64,000 bases of DNA, from the NCBI GenBank assembly GCA_963709655.1, contig CAVPXF010000015.1, positions 4,680 to 68,679 on the forward strand. Direction: 5' to 3'. Below the pieces are notes generated by a model that was not told where the DNA came from, did no database searches, and worked only from the letters and a program-made list of their open reading frames with translations. The DNA is from an uncultured Alphaproteobacteria bacterium (lineage in GTDB: Bacteria > Pseudomonadota > Alphaproteobacteria > Rhizobiales > Beijerinckiaceae). A program made the translations under genes and the position numbers. How positions within the stretch are numbered: position 1 is the stretch's first letter; every line of letters begins with the position of its first letter. Positions 52,367 through 64,000 of the stretch are shown here, one piece after another.

Positions 52367-52735
52367 TTACCGGACGAGCGGCGAGAGGAAAATCGCCAGC
52401 GCCGCGAGTTGCCCGAGGCTGAAAGCGGCCGATCGCAGCGGCTGGCGGCCCGCGATATAGGCCGCCATGTGACCGAGGCGCACGAGGACGTAAACGACGG
52501 CGAGACCGTCGGCGATCCGGCTGGGGCCGCCGATCATGTGCGCGACGATCACCGCGGCGGCGAACCACGGAAAGGTCTCGAGCGCGTTGAGATGCGCGCC
52601 GTAGGCCCGCGCCGCCCGACCGGTCAGGTCGCCGACACGGTCGCGCGGCAGGTTCGGGTCGAGCCCCTTGACGAAGCCGAAGGCGACATAGGGCAAGGTC
52701 GCGGCAATCAGAATGCACCAGATGGCGATGGTCAT
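52367..52735 (-). CDS. MAPEG family membrane protein
   Basis: PR..RAYGAHLNALETFPWFAAAV..RLGH. Confidence 0.88.
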   Translation of the reverse strand: MTIAIWCILIAATLPYVAFGFVKGLDPNLPRDRVGDLTGRAARAYGAHLNALETFPWFAAAVIVAHMIGGPSRIADGLAVVYVLVRLGHMAAYIAGRQPLRSAAFSLGQLAALAIFLSPLVR

Positions 52736-53030
52736 GGGTCCTGTCTCCCCTCCCGCGCGGCGCACGACAGCGGCGACCATCGGCGGCCGTAGCGAGGCGT
52801 TGTCAACGCCGTCATCGGCCAGCCACGCCCGGGGGCGAGGATCCGCCGCTCCCGAAGCCGAGCGGCGAGCGCCGACGGCCCAGTCCTGTTCGGCAGGTCC
52901 GGGTCGTTCGCCGGCGCGCTTAAATAGCTGATTTCCTAGGCGAACAGGAAAGCTGGAGCTGCCTTGGCCGGCTATGGCGCGGACGGTCGGAATCGGTTAG
53001 ACCCTCGACCATCCGAATAGAGGCGAACCT

Positions 53031-55760
<2,730 letters not shown>

Positions 55761-55808
55761 CCGAGCGCGGCGCCGGCCGCCTGTCCATCGCGGCGAACCT
55801 ACCCTCCC

Positions 55809-56168
55809 GCGCGAGACATTTGGATTTCCTCAGGTCTACGCGGCCTTGCATCAGGGCTCCGCGAATCCCGGGTTTTGGACGGTTGGATTAGTTTGGAATT
55901 CCTTGGATTCTCTCGTCCGAAACGAGCCTTTTCAATGGGTTATACGCGACCCCGGGGCCAAAAAAATTCGCCGCGCCCTCTTTCCGGCCGCAGGGCCTCG
56001 CAAATGGCCGCCTTCGATCCGAACGTCGGCCGCCGACAAAAGCATCGTTGGGGCGAAAGAGCCGCAGGTTGTGGCAGTCAACGTCGCGAGGATCCGATCG
56101 GGCATTGGGATCAGACTAAGCCTGCCTTCCGCTTTTTGCAAGAAAATGTCGATTACGTACTACTTTAT
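55809..56168 (-). mobile_element. Dispersed promoter-bearing element, copy 3 (57-aa leaderless ORF 56105-55932)
   Basis: Homologous to 26000-26372; TTGCAA(56141-56136)-17-TAGTCT(56118-56113)-7-ATG; motif 55944-55919. Confidence 0.65.
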
Positions 56169-56342
56169 GCAAATCTGACGCAGCCCACCTCGCGAAAAAC
56201 TCAGCAGTATCAGTGAAAGTGGGGCGCCGCGCGCGTCGTGCGGCGGTTCATGACGACGACGTGGGGTTCTGCTCCTTTCGGGCCCTAAAACAAACTCCCG
56301 CTTTGATCCCTGAGCCAAATGAAATGAGGTCGCGCCGCCTGA

Positions 56343-56424
56343 CCCTCACCCGGCGTCCCATAGCCCGTCGAAAGACGGGTGTCTTTCGACGCCCTGTGGC
56401 CGCCCTCTCCCCGCGGGAGAGGGG
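56343..56424. repeat. Palindromic intergenic repeat with CCCGTCGAAAGACGGG insert
   Basis: CCCTCACCC..CCCTCTCCC..GGGAGAGGG family. Confidence 0.7.
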
Positions 56425-56462
56425 GACGCACGGCCCAAGGCGAAGCCGCCCGCACAAGACGC

Positions 56463-56490
56463 TTGACTCCGTCTGTTTATGTACTAAACT
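56463..56490 (+). promoter_or_regulatory. Promoter with overlapping palindrome (candidate MarR operator)
   Basis: TTGACT-16-TAAACT with GTTTA-TGTAC-TAAAC at 56475-56489. Confidence 0.55.
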
Positions 56491-56522
56491 GTCAATTGGT
56501 TAAACCGTCGCTTGAGGGCATC

Positions 56523-58784
56523 ATGAAACCGGAATGGGATGCGATCGTCATCGGATCGGGCATCGGCGGGCTGACGGCGGCCGGTCTTTTGGCCAAGGTC
56601 GCCGGCAAGAAAGTGTTGGTCCTCGAAAAGCATTCGGAGCGGGGCGGCCAGACGCATGTGTTTCGCCGCGACGGCGCGTCGTGGGACGTCGGCCTGCACT
56701 ACGTCGGCAACCTGCTGGAGGGTTCATTCGAGCGCAAGATTCTCGACTTCCTGTCGGGCGGCGCGCTCCGCTGGAACCGTATGCCCGACGACTTCGAGCG
56801 TTTTGTCTATCCGGGCCTGAATTTCGCGGTTCCTTCCGATCCGAAGCGCTATCAGGAGCGGCTCGTCGAGCGCTTTCCCCAGGAAGCCCGCGCGATCCGA
56901 CAATATTTCCGCGACCTCAACGCCGCCGCCCGCTGGTCCGTCGCCGGGATCCAGGAGCAGATGATGCCGGCGCCCCTGGCCTTTCTTCTGCGGCAGTGGC
57001 GCCGCCTCGGGGCCGCAAAGGCGACTGGGACGACGGCGGCCACACTCGAGCGCCAGTTCCGCTCGCCGCAACTGAAGGCGCTGCTCGCGTCGCAATGGGG
57101 CGATTACGGCGTGCCGCCGAAAGAGAGCGCCTTCGCCATTCACGCCCTCGTCGCCGGCAGCTATTTGCGGGGCGGCTGGTTCCCGGCCGGCGGAGCCGGG
57201 CGCATCGCGCGCACATTCGAACAAGGCATCGAGGCGAACGGCGGCGCGATCCGGGTCTGTCAGGAAGCGATGGAAATCGTCGTCAGCGCCGGCGCCGCGG
57301 TTGGGGTGAAAGCGATCGACCGGCGGGGCGCCGAACCGATTGAAGTTGTCTACCGGGCGCCGATCGTCATCTCCGACGTCGGCGCGCCGCTCACCTTCCA
57401 GCGCCTGCTGCCGAGCGACGGCGAGATCGGCGCCAAAACAGCCAAGCAGCGCGCGTTCGTCGAGGGGCTCGGCGGTGGTCTGTCGGCCGTCAACCTCTAT
57501 CTGCGGCTCAAAGCGCCCGTCTCCACCCTTGGCATCCACGGCGAAAACTACTGGATCAACGCCGACTTCGACCACGACGACGTCGAGGCGCACACGACGC
57601 AGGTCCTCGCGGGCGCGCCGCGTCACGCCTATCTGTCGTTTCCTTCGGCCAAGTCCGGCGACGATCGGTTCCACACCGCCGAGATCATCGCGATGGTCAA
57701 TCCCGAGGCCTTCGACGCCTGGCGCGGCAGCGTCAGCGGCGATCGCGGCCGCGATTACGACGAGCTCAAGGAACGCATTGCGGATGGCCTCATGCGCCTC
57801 GCCGAAACGGCGGCGCCGGGCCTATCCGCGCTGGTGGAATACCGCGAACTGTCGACGCCGCTGACCGTCGAGCATTTCACTTCGCATCCAGGCGGCCGCT
57901 TCTATGGCCTGCCGACGCGGCCGGCGCGATACCGCTCCTCGCCGCTTGGCGCGCTGACGCCCGTGCCGGGCCTCTATCTCGCTGGCGCCGACGTCGCGAG
58001 CCTCGGCATCATCGGCGCGATGATGGGCGGGGTGGCGGCGGCGAGCCACGTCCTCGGACCCTTGGGCTTCCTGCGCATCATGGCGAAGGCCGGTCGGCCC
58101 AAGGCGCAGAGGCTGGCGCGGACACGATCCCCCGAAAAGCAGCGCGCCCGGCTGATCGCGAAGACCGCTCTCACGCCCTCGGTCTGGCGCCTCGATTTCG
58201 AGCTCGACCAGCCCATGCGATTTGCGCCTGGCCAGTTCGTCAAGCTGCGCGTCGCCGAATTCGAGTGGCGGGACTATTCGATCGCCGCCGCCGTCGGCGC
58301 CAGGCTTACGCTTCTCGTCAGCAACCGGACACATGGCGACGGATCGGCCTTTGCCGACGCCGTTGAGCCCGGGGCCGAGACGGACATCGAGGGTCCGTTC
58401 GGGGCGTATCATTTGCAGCCCAAGGGCGCCCGCAAGGTGTTCGTCGCCACGGGGACCGGGCTCGCGCCGTTCCTGCCGATGTTCGAAAAGATGGCGCGGG
58501 CCGGCGAACTCGACGGCGCCGAGCTTTATTTCGGCTGCCGCACGTCGGCCGAGGATCTCACCGCGGCCTTCGCCTGTCGGCCCAAGCGGACCGTGGCGTG
58601 CCTCAGCCGCGAGCCGTCGGGCCCAAGCGGATTTTGCGGCCGCGTCACAAAAGCCCTCGCCGGCCTCGCCTTCGATCCGGCCCGGACGGAGTTCTACGTT
58701 TGCGGCTCCGCCGCTATGGTCGCCGACTGCCGGACGATTCTGGAGCGCGCCGGCGCGCTCCGGATCCTGACCGAGCCCTATTGA
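56523..58784 (+). CDS. Phytoene-dehydrogenase/retinol-saturase-like FAD oxidoreductase fused to an FNR-type reductase domain
   Basis: IVIGSGIGGL, WDVGLHYVG, STPLT..HF, GLYLAG; then PGQF..RDYSIA..GPFG..ATGTGLAP..YVCG. Confidence 0.85.
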   Translation: MKPEWDAIVIGSGIGGLTAAGLLAKVAGKKVLVLEKHSERGGQTHVFRRDGASWDVGLHYVGNLLEGSFERKILDFLSGGALRWNRMPDDFERFVYPGLNFAVPSDPKRYQERLVERFPQEARAIRQYFRDLNAAARWSVAGIQEQMMPAPLAFLLRQWRRLGAAKATGTTAATLERQFRSPQLKALLASQWGDYGVPPKESAFAIHALVAGSYLRGGWFPAGGAGRIARTFEQGIEANGGAIRVCQEAMEIVVSAGAAVGVKAIDRRGAEPIEVVYRAPIVISDVGAPLTFQRLLPSDGEIGAKTAKQRAFVEGLGGGLSAVNLYLRLKAPVSTLGIHGENYWINADFDHDDVEAHTTQVLAGAPRHAYLSFPSAKSGDDRFHTAEIIAMVNPEAFDAWRGSVSGDRGRDYDELKERIADGLMRLAETAAPGLSALVEYRELSTPLTVEHFTSHPGGRFYGLPTRPARYRSSPLGALTPVPGLYLAGADVASLGIIGAMMGGVAAASHVLGPLGFLRIMAKAGRPKAQRLARTRSPEKQRARLIAKTALTPSVWRLDFELDQPMRFAPGQFVKLRVAEFEWRDYSIAAAVGARLTLLVSNRTHGDGSAFADAVEPGAETDIEGPFGAYHLQPKGARKVFVATGTGLAPFLPMFEKMARAGELDGAELYFGCRTSAEDLTAAFACRPKRTVACLSREPSGPSGFCGRVTKALAGLAFDPARTEFYVCGSAAMVADCRTILERAGALRILTEPY

Positions 58785-58801
58785 GCGATCGACGCGCAGG
58801 T

Positions 58802-59293
58802 ATGGAAAAATCCTGGTTCACCCAGACCGAAGCCTTCCTGCTGCACGAGATCGTCACGCGTCTCGACCGGCTGGCGCGAAAGCGCGTGCTCGACGCCAAG
58901 GGCGTCAGCTACGCCGAGTTCCTGATCGCGATGGCGGTGCGCGAAATGGCGAACCCGACCCACAGCGAGATCGGCGACATTCTGGACATGAGCAAGTCGC
59001 TGGTAAGCCAGCGGGTCACCACGCTGGTGGCCAAGGGACTGGTCGTGCAGCGCCGCGACGAGCGCAATCGCCGCCACGTGAGGCTCGAACTGACGGCGCC
59101 GGGGCAAACCGCGCTCGATGAGATATACGGCGAGCTGACGTCGAAAGCGGAGAGGATATTCAGCGCCCTCGGCGCCCAGCGCGCCGGGTTCCTGCAATCG
59201 CTGCGCGGCATCCGGGATGCGCTGGCCGCCGAGGAAGCGCTGGCCTACGGGCCGGACGAACATGCTGGCTACGATCGTATTCAGTCCGATTGA
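58802..59293 (+). CDS. MarR family regulator
   Basis: SKSLVSQRVTTLVAKGLV..DERNRR..LTAPG. Confidence 0.88.
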   Translation: MEKSWFTQTEAFLLHEIVTRLDRLARKRVLDAKGVSYAEFLIAMAVREMANPTHSEIGDILDMSKSLVSQRVTTLVAKGLVVQRRDERNRRHVRLELTAPGQTALDEIYGELTSKAERIFSALGAQRAGFLQSLRGIRDALAAEEALAYGPDEHAGYDRIQSD

Positions 59294-59333
59294 GCCGCTC
59301 GACCCCGCGCGGACGTGTCAGGACTTGGACGCG

Positions 59334-59888
59334 TCAGGACTTGCCGGAATCCTTGCGGGCCTGCGCGACCTTGCCGGCCTGGGAAACTCGGCCAATTTCT
59401 TTTCTGGTCGTTCCGCCGGCAAACTCTTCGACCCTCTTTTTCGGACGCATGCCGTCGGAAGCGGAGCGTCCGGAGTCGGGATGGTGACTGGGTTCGCTGC
59501 GCATTTTCAGCTCGAGCGCATGGCGCGCAAGATCCGCCTGGCTGGGGCTGCCGGGCGCCGCCTGGCTGGGGCTGCCGGGCGCCGTCTCCTCACGGCGGGA
59601 GAGCTCCGCATCCAGGCGCTGGATCGCCCCGGAAAGCGCCTGCGCCTTGGCCGCCGTTCCGGCGTTCTCCTTCACGGGCTTGGCGCCGTGCGGATCGGCT
59701 TTGCCCCTGATCTCGCGTTGCTGACGGGCGGCAATGTCATGGGCCCGACTTTGGGCTTGCCGCAGCCGGTGCAGCAAGGCTTTCAACTCCTCCTTGGATT
59801 GCTGCTCGATCGCGGGGGGCTTTGTGCCGGCGACCATCTCCAGTTCCGAGGCGTTCAACAGCCGGTCTTCGGGTTCTGTGGCGCTCAT
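59334..59888 (-). CDS. Hypothetical basic helical protein
   Basis: ORF with internal 21-bp duplication (APGSPSQ x2). Confidence 0.65.
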   Translation of the reverse strand: MSATEPEDRLLNASELEMVAGTKPPAIEQQSKEELKALLHRLRQAQSRAHDIAARQQREIRGKADPHGAKPVKENAGTAAKAQALSGAIQRLDAELSRREETAPGSPSQAAPGSPSQADLARHALELKMRSEPSHHPDSGRSASDGMRPKKRVEEFAGGTTRKEIGRVSQAGKVAQARKDSGKS

Positions 59889-60100
59889 GCAAATGCCGTC
59901 CAAGGGTGCGGCGCCAACGCGATGCGCAACGCAATCGCCTCGGCGCAGCGGTCACGTTATTGCAAGTGACGCGGAGGCGCCAGTCCGCCTGACGCGCCGG
60001 AGCCCGGCCGCTCGCGGCGACCCTCTGGCCCGCAGCCGCCGCCGATAGACGCCCATCGCTCGATGGGCTACCTCGGCAAGCGGGGGAACAGGAGCCTCTC

Positions 60101-61735
60101 ATGACCCGACGCGCCCGCGACGTTCTGCTCGACATCCTTCGCGACGAAGGGATCACCCACGTCTTCGGTAATCCCGGCTCGACCGAGATGCCGCTGATGG
60201 ATGCGCTGGTCGACGCCCCCGACATCGCCTACGTCCTCGGCTTGCAGGAGGCGACGGCGGTGGCGATGGCCGACGGCTGGGCGCTGGCGTCGGGCCGCGC
60301 CGCGTTCGTCAACCTGCACGCCATGGGCGGCCTCGGCAACGCGATGGGCGTGCTGGTCGCCTCGAAGGCGAGCGAGACGCCGCTCGTCGTCACCGCGGGC
60401 CAGCAGGACACCCGCCACCTGATGACCGAGCCGTGGCTCTCTGGCGACCTTGTCGCGCTCGCCGCCCCGATCGCCAAATGGGCCAAGGAGGTGCGCCGCG
60501 GCGACGACGTCGGCCAGGCGTTGCGGCGCGCCTTCGCCATCGCCCGGACGCCCCCCTGCGGACCCGTCTTTTTGTCGCTGCCGATGGACATTCTCGACCA
60601 GGAGGTGAGCGGTCCGACGCCGCCGGCCTCCGCCCCGCCCCGGCTCGGGGCCTCGCCGGACGCGACACGGCTCGCGGACAAGCTCGCCGGCCTCGATCCC
60701 GACCGGGTGCTGGTGGTGCTCGGCGACGACCTTTCGGCCTCGGTGAGCCCCGGTCTTATCGCCTTCGCGGAAACCGGCGGCTTTGCGGTCTGGGGCACGC
60801 AACTGACCTCGCGCACCGCCTTCCCGTCGGCCCATCCCTGCTGGGCGGGGGTGCTGAAGCCCGACTTCGCCGTCATGCGCGAGCATTTCGAGCACGCCCA
60901 GGCGATCGTGCTGGTCGGCGGACGCGCCTTCGTCGCCTATCCCTATCGCGCCGCCAAGCCGGTGCCGGAAGGCGTCGCGGTGCTGCATGTCGCCGACAAC
61001 CCGGAAGCCTTCGGCCGCGAGCACGCCGCCGACATGGCGCTCATCGGCGACATCGGCGCGACGCTGAGCGCCGCGGCGAGACGCCTGGGCGAGCGCGTCG
61101 ACGGCAAGGCGGTCGAGGGCCGCCTCACGGCGCGGGCAGCCTCGAAACGCGCGGTTCAGGCCGCTTTGCGGACGGAGATCCTTTCCCACACGAGCCTGCC
61201 CCTGACGCCGGACGCGGCGGTGCTGGCGGCGCTCGACGCCCTGCCCGACGACGCGCTGATCGCCAACAATTCCGCGGCGACTTTCGGCAAGGTGCAGGAC
61301 CTGCTGATGACCCGGCCAGGCCGATATTTCTTCTCGCGCGGCGGCGTGCTCGGCTGCAACATGCCCGCGGCGGTCGGCGCGTCGCTGGCGGGCGCGGGCC
61401 TGGTCGCCTCGTTCGCCGGCGACGGCGGGGCGATGTACTCGCCCCAGGCCTTGTGGAGCGCCGCACATTATCGGGCGAAGGTCGTCTTCTTCGTCTTCAA
61501 CAACCGTCGTTATGGCGTGCTGCAGAACGTCGCCAAAGGCCTCGGCTATGCCAACGCCGTCGCCGGCCGCTTCGTCGGCATGGAGATCGTCGGCCCGGCG
61601 ATCGACTTTCAGGCGCTGGCCGCCTCGATGGGCGTGCCGTCCCTCCGCGCCGACGACCGCGACGCGATCGGCGCGGCGGTCGCCGCGGCGCTCCGGCGCG
61701 AGGGTCCGTCGCTGATCGAGATCGGGATTGCGTGA
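60101..61735 (+). CDS. TPP-dependent enzyme (benzoylformate decarboxylase-like)
   Basis: FGNPGSTE, LGLQE, NLH..GLGN, GDGGAMYSPQALW..NN. Confidence 0.9.
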   Translation: MTRRARDVLLDILRDEGITHVFGNPGSTEMPLMDALVDAPDIAYVLGLQEATAVAMADGWALASGRAAFVNLHAMGGLGNAMGVLVASKASETPLVVTAGQQDTRHLMTEPWLSGDLVALAAPIAKWAKEVRRGDDVGQALRRAFAIARTPPCGPVFLSLPMDILDQEVSGPTPPASAPPRLGASPDATRLADKLAGLDPDRVLVVLGDDLSASVSPGLIAFAETGGFAVWGTQLTSRTAFPSAHPCWAGVLKPDFAVMREHFEHAQAIVLVGGRAFVAYPYRAAKPVPEGVAVLHVADNPEAFGREHAADMALIGDIGATLSAAARRLGERVDGKAVEGRLTARAASKRAVQAALRTEILSHTSLPLTPDAAVLAALDALPDDALIANNSAATFGKVQDLLMTRPGRYFFSRGGVLGCNMPAAVGASLAGAGLVASFAGDGGAMYSPQALWSAAHYRAKVVFFVFNNRRYGVLQNVAKGLGYANAVAGRFVGMEIVGPAIDFQALAASMGVPSLRADDRDAIGAAVAAALRREGPSLIEIGIA

Positions 61736-61871
61736 ACGGAGAGCGCGCCCTATCGCGATGCGACGGCCTCACCAGGGCTGCGCGCGAGCGATTGTCGGTC
61801 GTGGCGGAGGTCCAAACCGCCAGACTTTTCGGATAACGATCTCAGCCGAGCCTCTGCGAAGGAGGAACAGG

Positions 61872-62114
61872 ATGGTGAACCTCGTCGGCGGCCTTGGGAT
61901 CGTGTGCGCAGTCTCGATCATCGCGGCGACCGTCCAGCCGGTCCATGCGATGGGCGGCGCGGGGCCGCCGGGCTGGACGATGACGCTCGCCTATTGCCGC
62001 GAGACCGTGACGAACAAGGGCATCACCGACGTCGCGCAGTTCGAGGCGGAAGTGAAGAAGTGCCGTGCGAACCCGGTCACCTACCCGCCCGCCTATCCCA
62101 AGCCGCGCTGGTAG
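61872..62114 (+). CDS. Small secreted protein with two Cys
   Basis: GGAGG RBS, signal peptide ending VHA. Confidence 0.6.
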   Translation: MVNLVGGLGIVCAVSIIAATVQPVHAMGGAGPPGWTMTLAYCRETVTNKGITDVAQFEAEVKKCRANPVTYPPAYPKPRW

Positions 62115-62161
62115 CGCCCCTCTCGCGCGCGATCGGACCTCCGGAACGGTGCGCCTGGGCC

Positions 62162-62671
62162 TCACGCTTGCACGATTTTCGCCGCGATCGTCGGCGGGCG
62201 CCTGAGCGTCTGCAGCACGACGCAATAGCGCTCGGTGAGCTTGAGGAGGGTGTCGAGTTGCGCCTGCGGCGCGTCCGTGTCGAGCTCGAACGTCAGGCGG
62301 ATGTCGGTGAAGCCGACCGGGGCCTCCTTCGCGACGCCGAGCGTGCCGCGAAAATCGAGGTCGCCCTCGGCCGTCACCCGGCCGGAGCGCAGCGCGACGC
62401 CCAAGGCGGTCGCGACCGCCTTCAAGGTCACGCCGGCGCAGGCGACCAGCGCCTCGAGCAGCATGTCGCCCGAGCAGAGCTCGAGTCCGCTTCCGCCGGT
62501 CAAGGGATGGAGCCCGGCCGCCGCCAGCGCCCGGCCCGTCTCGACCTTGCAAGCGATCGCGGCCGAATCGAGCTCGCCTCTGGCCTTGAGGGTGACGCGC
62601 CCGGCTTCGGGCTCGGCGCGGTAGTGGTCCTTGAGCGGCGCCTGGAGCGCCCGCAAGTCGTCGGCGTTCAC
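62162..62671 (-). CDS. OsmC family protein
   Basis: CSGDMLLEALVAC, TERYCVVLQTL. Confidence 0.9.
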   Translation of the reverse strand: MNADDLRALQAPLKDHYRAEPEAGRVTLKARGELDSAAIACKVETGRALAAAGLHPLTGGSGLELCSGDMLLEALVACAGVTLKAVATALGVALRSGRVTAEGDLDFRGTLGVAKEAPVGFTDIRLTFELDTDAPQAQLDTLLKLTERYCVVLQTLRRPPTIAAKIVQA

Positions 62672-62782
62672 TTCTCAAGTCCTCCCTCGTCGCCAAAGCC
62701 GCAGTCTGCCCGCGCCGCGCCGCGAGCGCAATCCGCGGCTTGAGCTTGTGACGCGCCGGCCGGCAGGCTAGGGCTTTCCTCT

Positions 62783-63289
62783 ATGACCCACACCGGCTTC
62801 TTTTCCGGCTCTTTCGACCCGATGACCAACGGGCACCTGGACGTGATCGACCATGCCGCGTGGCTTTGCGACCGGCTGGTGGTCGGCGTCGGGTCCAATC
62901 CCAACAAAGTCGGCCTCTTCACGGTGGAGGAGCGGCTCGCGCTGATCCGCGAGGCGGCTCAGCCCGTGCTCGAGGGCAAGGGCTGCAAACTCGACGTCGT
63001 CAGCTTCTCGGGGCTCGCGATCGACGCCGCCCGCGACGCCGGCGCAACCCTCATCGTCAGGGGCCTGCGCGACTCGACCGATTTCGACTACGAGATGCAG
63101 ATGGCCGGCATGAACCGGGCGATGGCGCCGGACCTGCGCACCATTTTCCTGCCCGCCTCGGCGCCGGTTCGCCCGATCACCGCGACGCTGGTGCGCCAGA
63201 TCGCCTCGATGGGCGGCGACGCCTCCCCCTTCGCGCCGCCGAGCGTGGTCGCCGCGCTGAAGGCCAAGTTCGCCGCAGGCCGCGACTGA
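62783..63289 (+). CDS. coaD: Phosphopantetheine adenylyltransferase
   Basis: [32 protein letters not shown]. Confidence 0.96.
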   Translation: MTHTGFFSGSFDPMTNGHLDVIDHAAWLCDRLVVGVGSNPNKVGLFTVEERLALIREAAQPVLEGKGCKLDVVSFSGLAIDAARDAGATLIVRGLRDSTDFDYEMQMAGMNRAMAPDLRTIFLPASAPVRPITATLVRQIASMGGDASPFAPPSVVAALKAKFAAGRD

Positions 63290-63297
63290 CGTCGGAA

Positions 63298-63363
63298 TTC
63301 ACCACCAAGAACACGAAGGCGCACGAAGAGCCCTTGGTGGATCTTCGTGTCCTTTGTGGTGAA
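63298..63363. repeat. Palindromic REP-like element (CACGAAG type)
   Basis: TTCACCACCAAGAACACGAAG..CTTCGTGTCCTTTGTGGTGAA inverted arms. Confidence 0.7.
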
Positions 63364-63422
63364 ATATGTCGGCTTGAAACCAAAGCCCTTGCTTAACTAT
63401 CCGCGCGGTGATACTAAAGCAT

Positions 63423-63770
63423 ATGCTTAATCATCAGGCCGGCCTCGATCGCGCCTTCCACGCCCTTGCCGATCCGACCCGGCGGGCGATCGTCGAGCGG
63501 CTCGCCCGCGAGCCGGCGTCGGTCAGCGCCCTGGCGCGGCCCCTCGCCATGTCGCTTCCCGCCGTGATGCAGCATCTGGCGGTGCTCGAGGCCTCGGGGC
63601 TCGTCCGTTCGGAGAAGTCGGGCCGCGTGCGCATGTGCCGCGTCGAGCCCGAGGCGCTGAGCCTCGCCGAGCGATGGATCAACGACAGGCGGACCGAATG
63701 GGAAAACCGCCTCGACCGGCTGGGGGACTATCTTTCGACGCTGACCAACTCAGGAGAGTCCTATGAATGA
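63423..63770 (+). CDS. ArsR/SmtB family regulator
   Basis: FHALADPTRRAI, SLPAVMQHL, KSGRVR; palindrome AAGCATATGCTT overlaps the start. Confidence 0.92.
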   Translation: MLNHQAGLDRAFHALADPTRRAIVERLAREPASVSALARPLAMSLPAVMQHLAVLEASGLVRSEKSGRVRMCRVEPEALSLAERWINDRRTEWENRLDRLGDYLSTLTNSGESYE

Positions 63771-64000
63771 GTCCGCCGCCAAGACGATGAAGCCGGTTCA
63801 AGTGTCGCGCACGTTCCACGCCTCTCGCCAGCGCGTCTTCACGGCGTGGAGCAGCGCTGAAGCCGTGAAGCGCTGGTTCGCTCCGACCGGCTTCACCGTT
63901 CCGGAAGCCAGGGTCGAGCTCGCCGTCGGCGGTCCGTTCGAAGTGCTGATGCGCTCGCCCACAGGCGAAGAGCACTGGGCGCGCGGCGTGGTCAGGGAGA
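63763..64000 (+). CDS. SRPBCC/AHSA1 domain protein (partial, runs off window)
   Basis: VSRTFHASRQRVFTAWS..WFAP; typical ArsR-SRPBCC pair. Confidence 0.85.
   Translation, partial: MNESAAKTMKPVQVSRTFHASRQRVFTAWSSAEAVKRWFAPTGFTVPEARVELAVGGPFEVLMRSPTGEEHWARGVVRE

Noticed and set aside
59535-59583. 21-bp tandem duplication
   Set aside because: In-frame slippage in a low-complexity linker; unremarkable.

Overview
High-GC alphaproteobacterial chromosomal segment. It looks Hyphomicrobiales/Rhizobiales-like: long-form dcd, rpoH-rluD, the uvrA/ssb...gyrA...coaD backbone and a GAAC-N7-GAAC SOS box. Housekeeping genes (dcd, rpoH, rluD, ndk, uvrA, ssb, gyrA, coaD) are interleaved with many detox/regulatory genes (RND pump, 3 GSTs, VOCs, TetR/MarR/WYL/ArsR regulators), four toxin-antitoxin modules within 6 kb, and a low-GC two-gene islet. 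About ten single-base lesions break otherwise intact genes, probably sequencing errors. The most unusual signal is a dispersed element family at ~410-690, ~13050-14210, 26000-26372, ~50270-50984 and 55809-56168. Four of these loci have a sigma70-like promoter (-35/17 bp/TAGTST) with a start codon exactly 7 nt downstream. All five carry a 26-bp IHF-like motif, and three have a helically phased tail of short repeats. One copy encodes an HTH protein reminiscent of small-terminase-like proteins, and another is expanded into a 6 x 171-bp tandem array. A candidate FixK/Fnr-controlled sRNA and two gene-3'-end duplications flanking accessory segments were also found. All calls are by eye; no searches were run.
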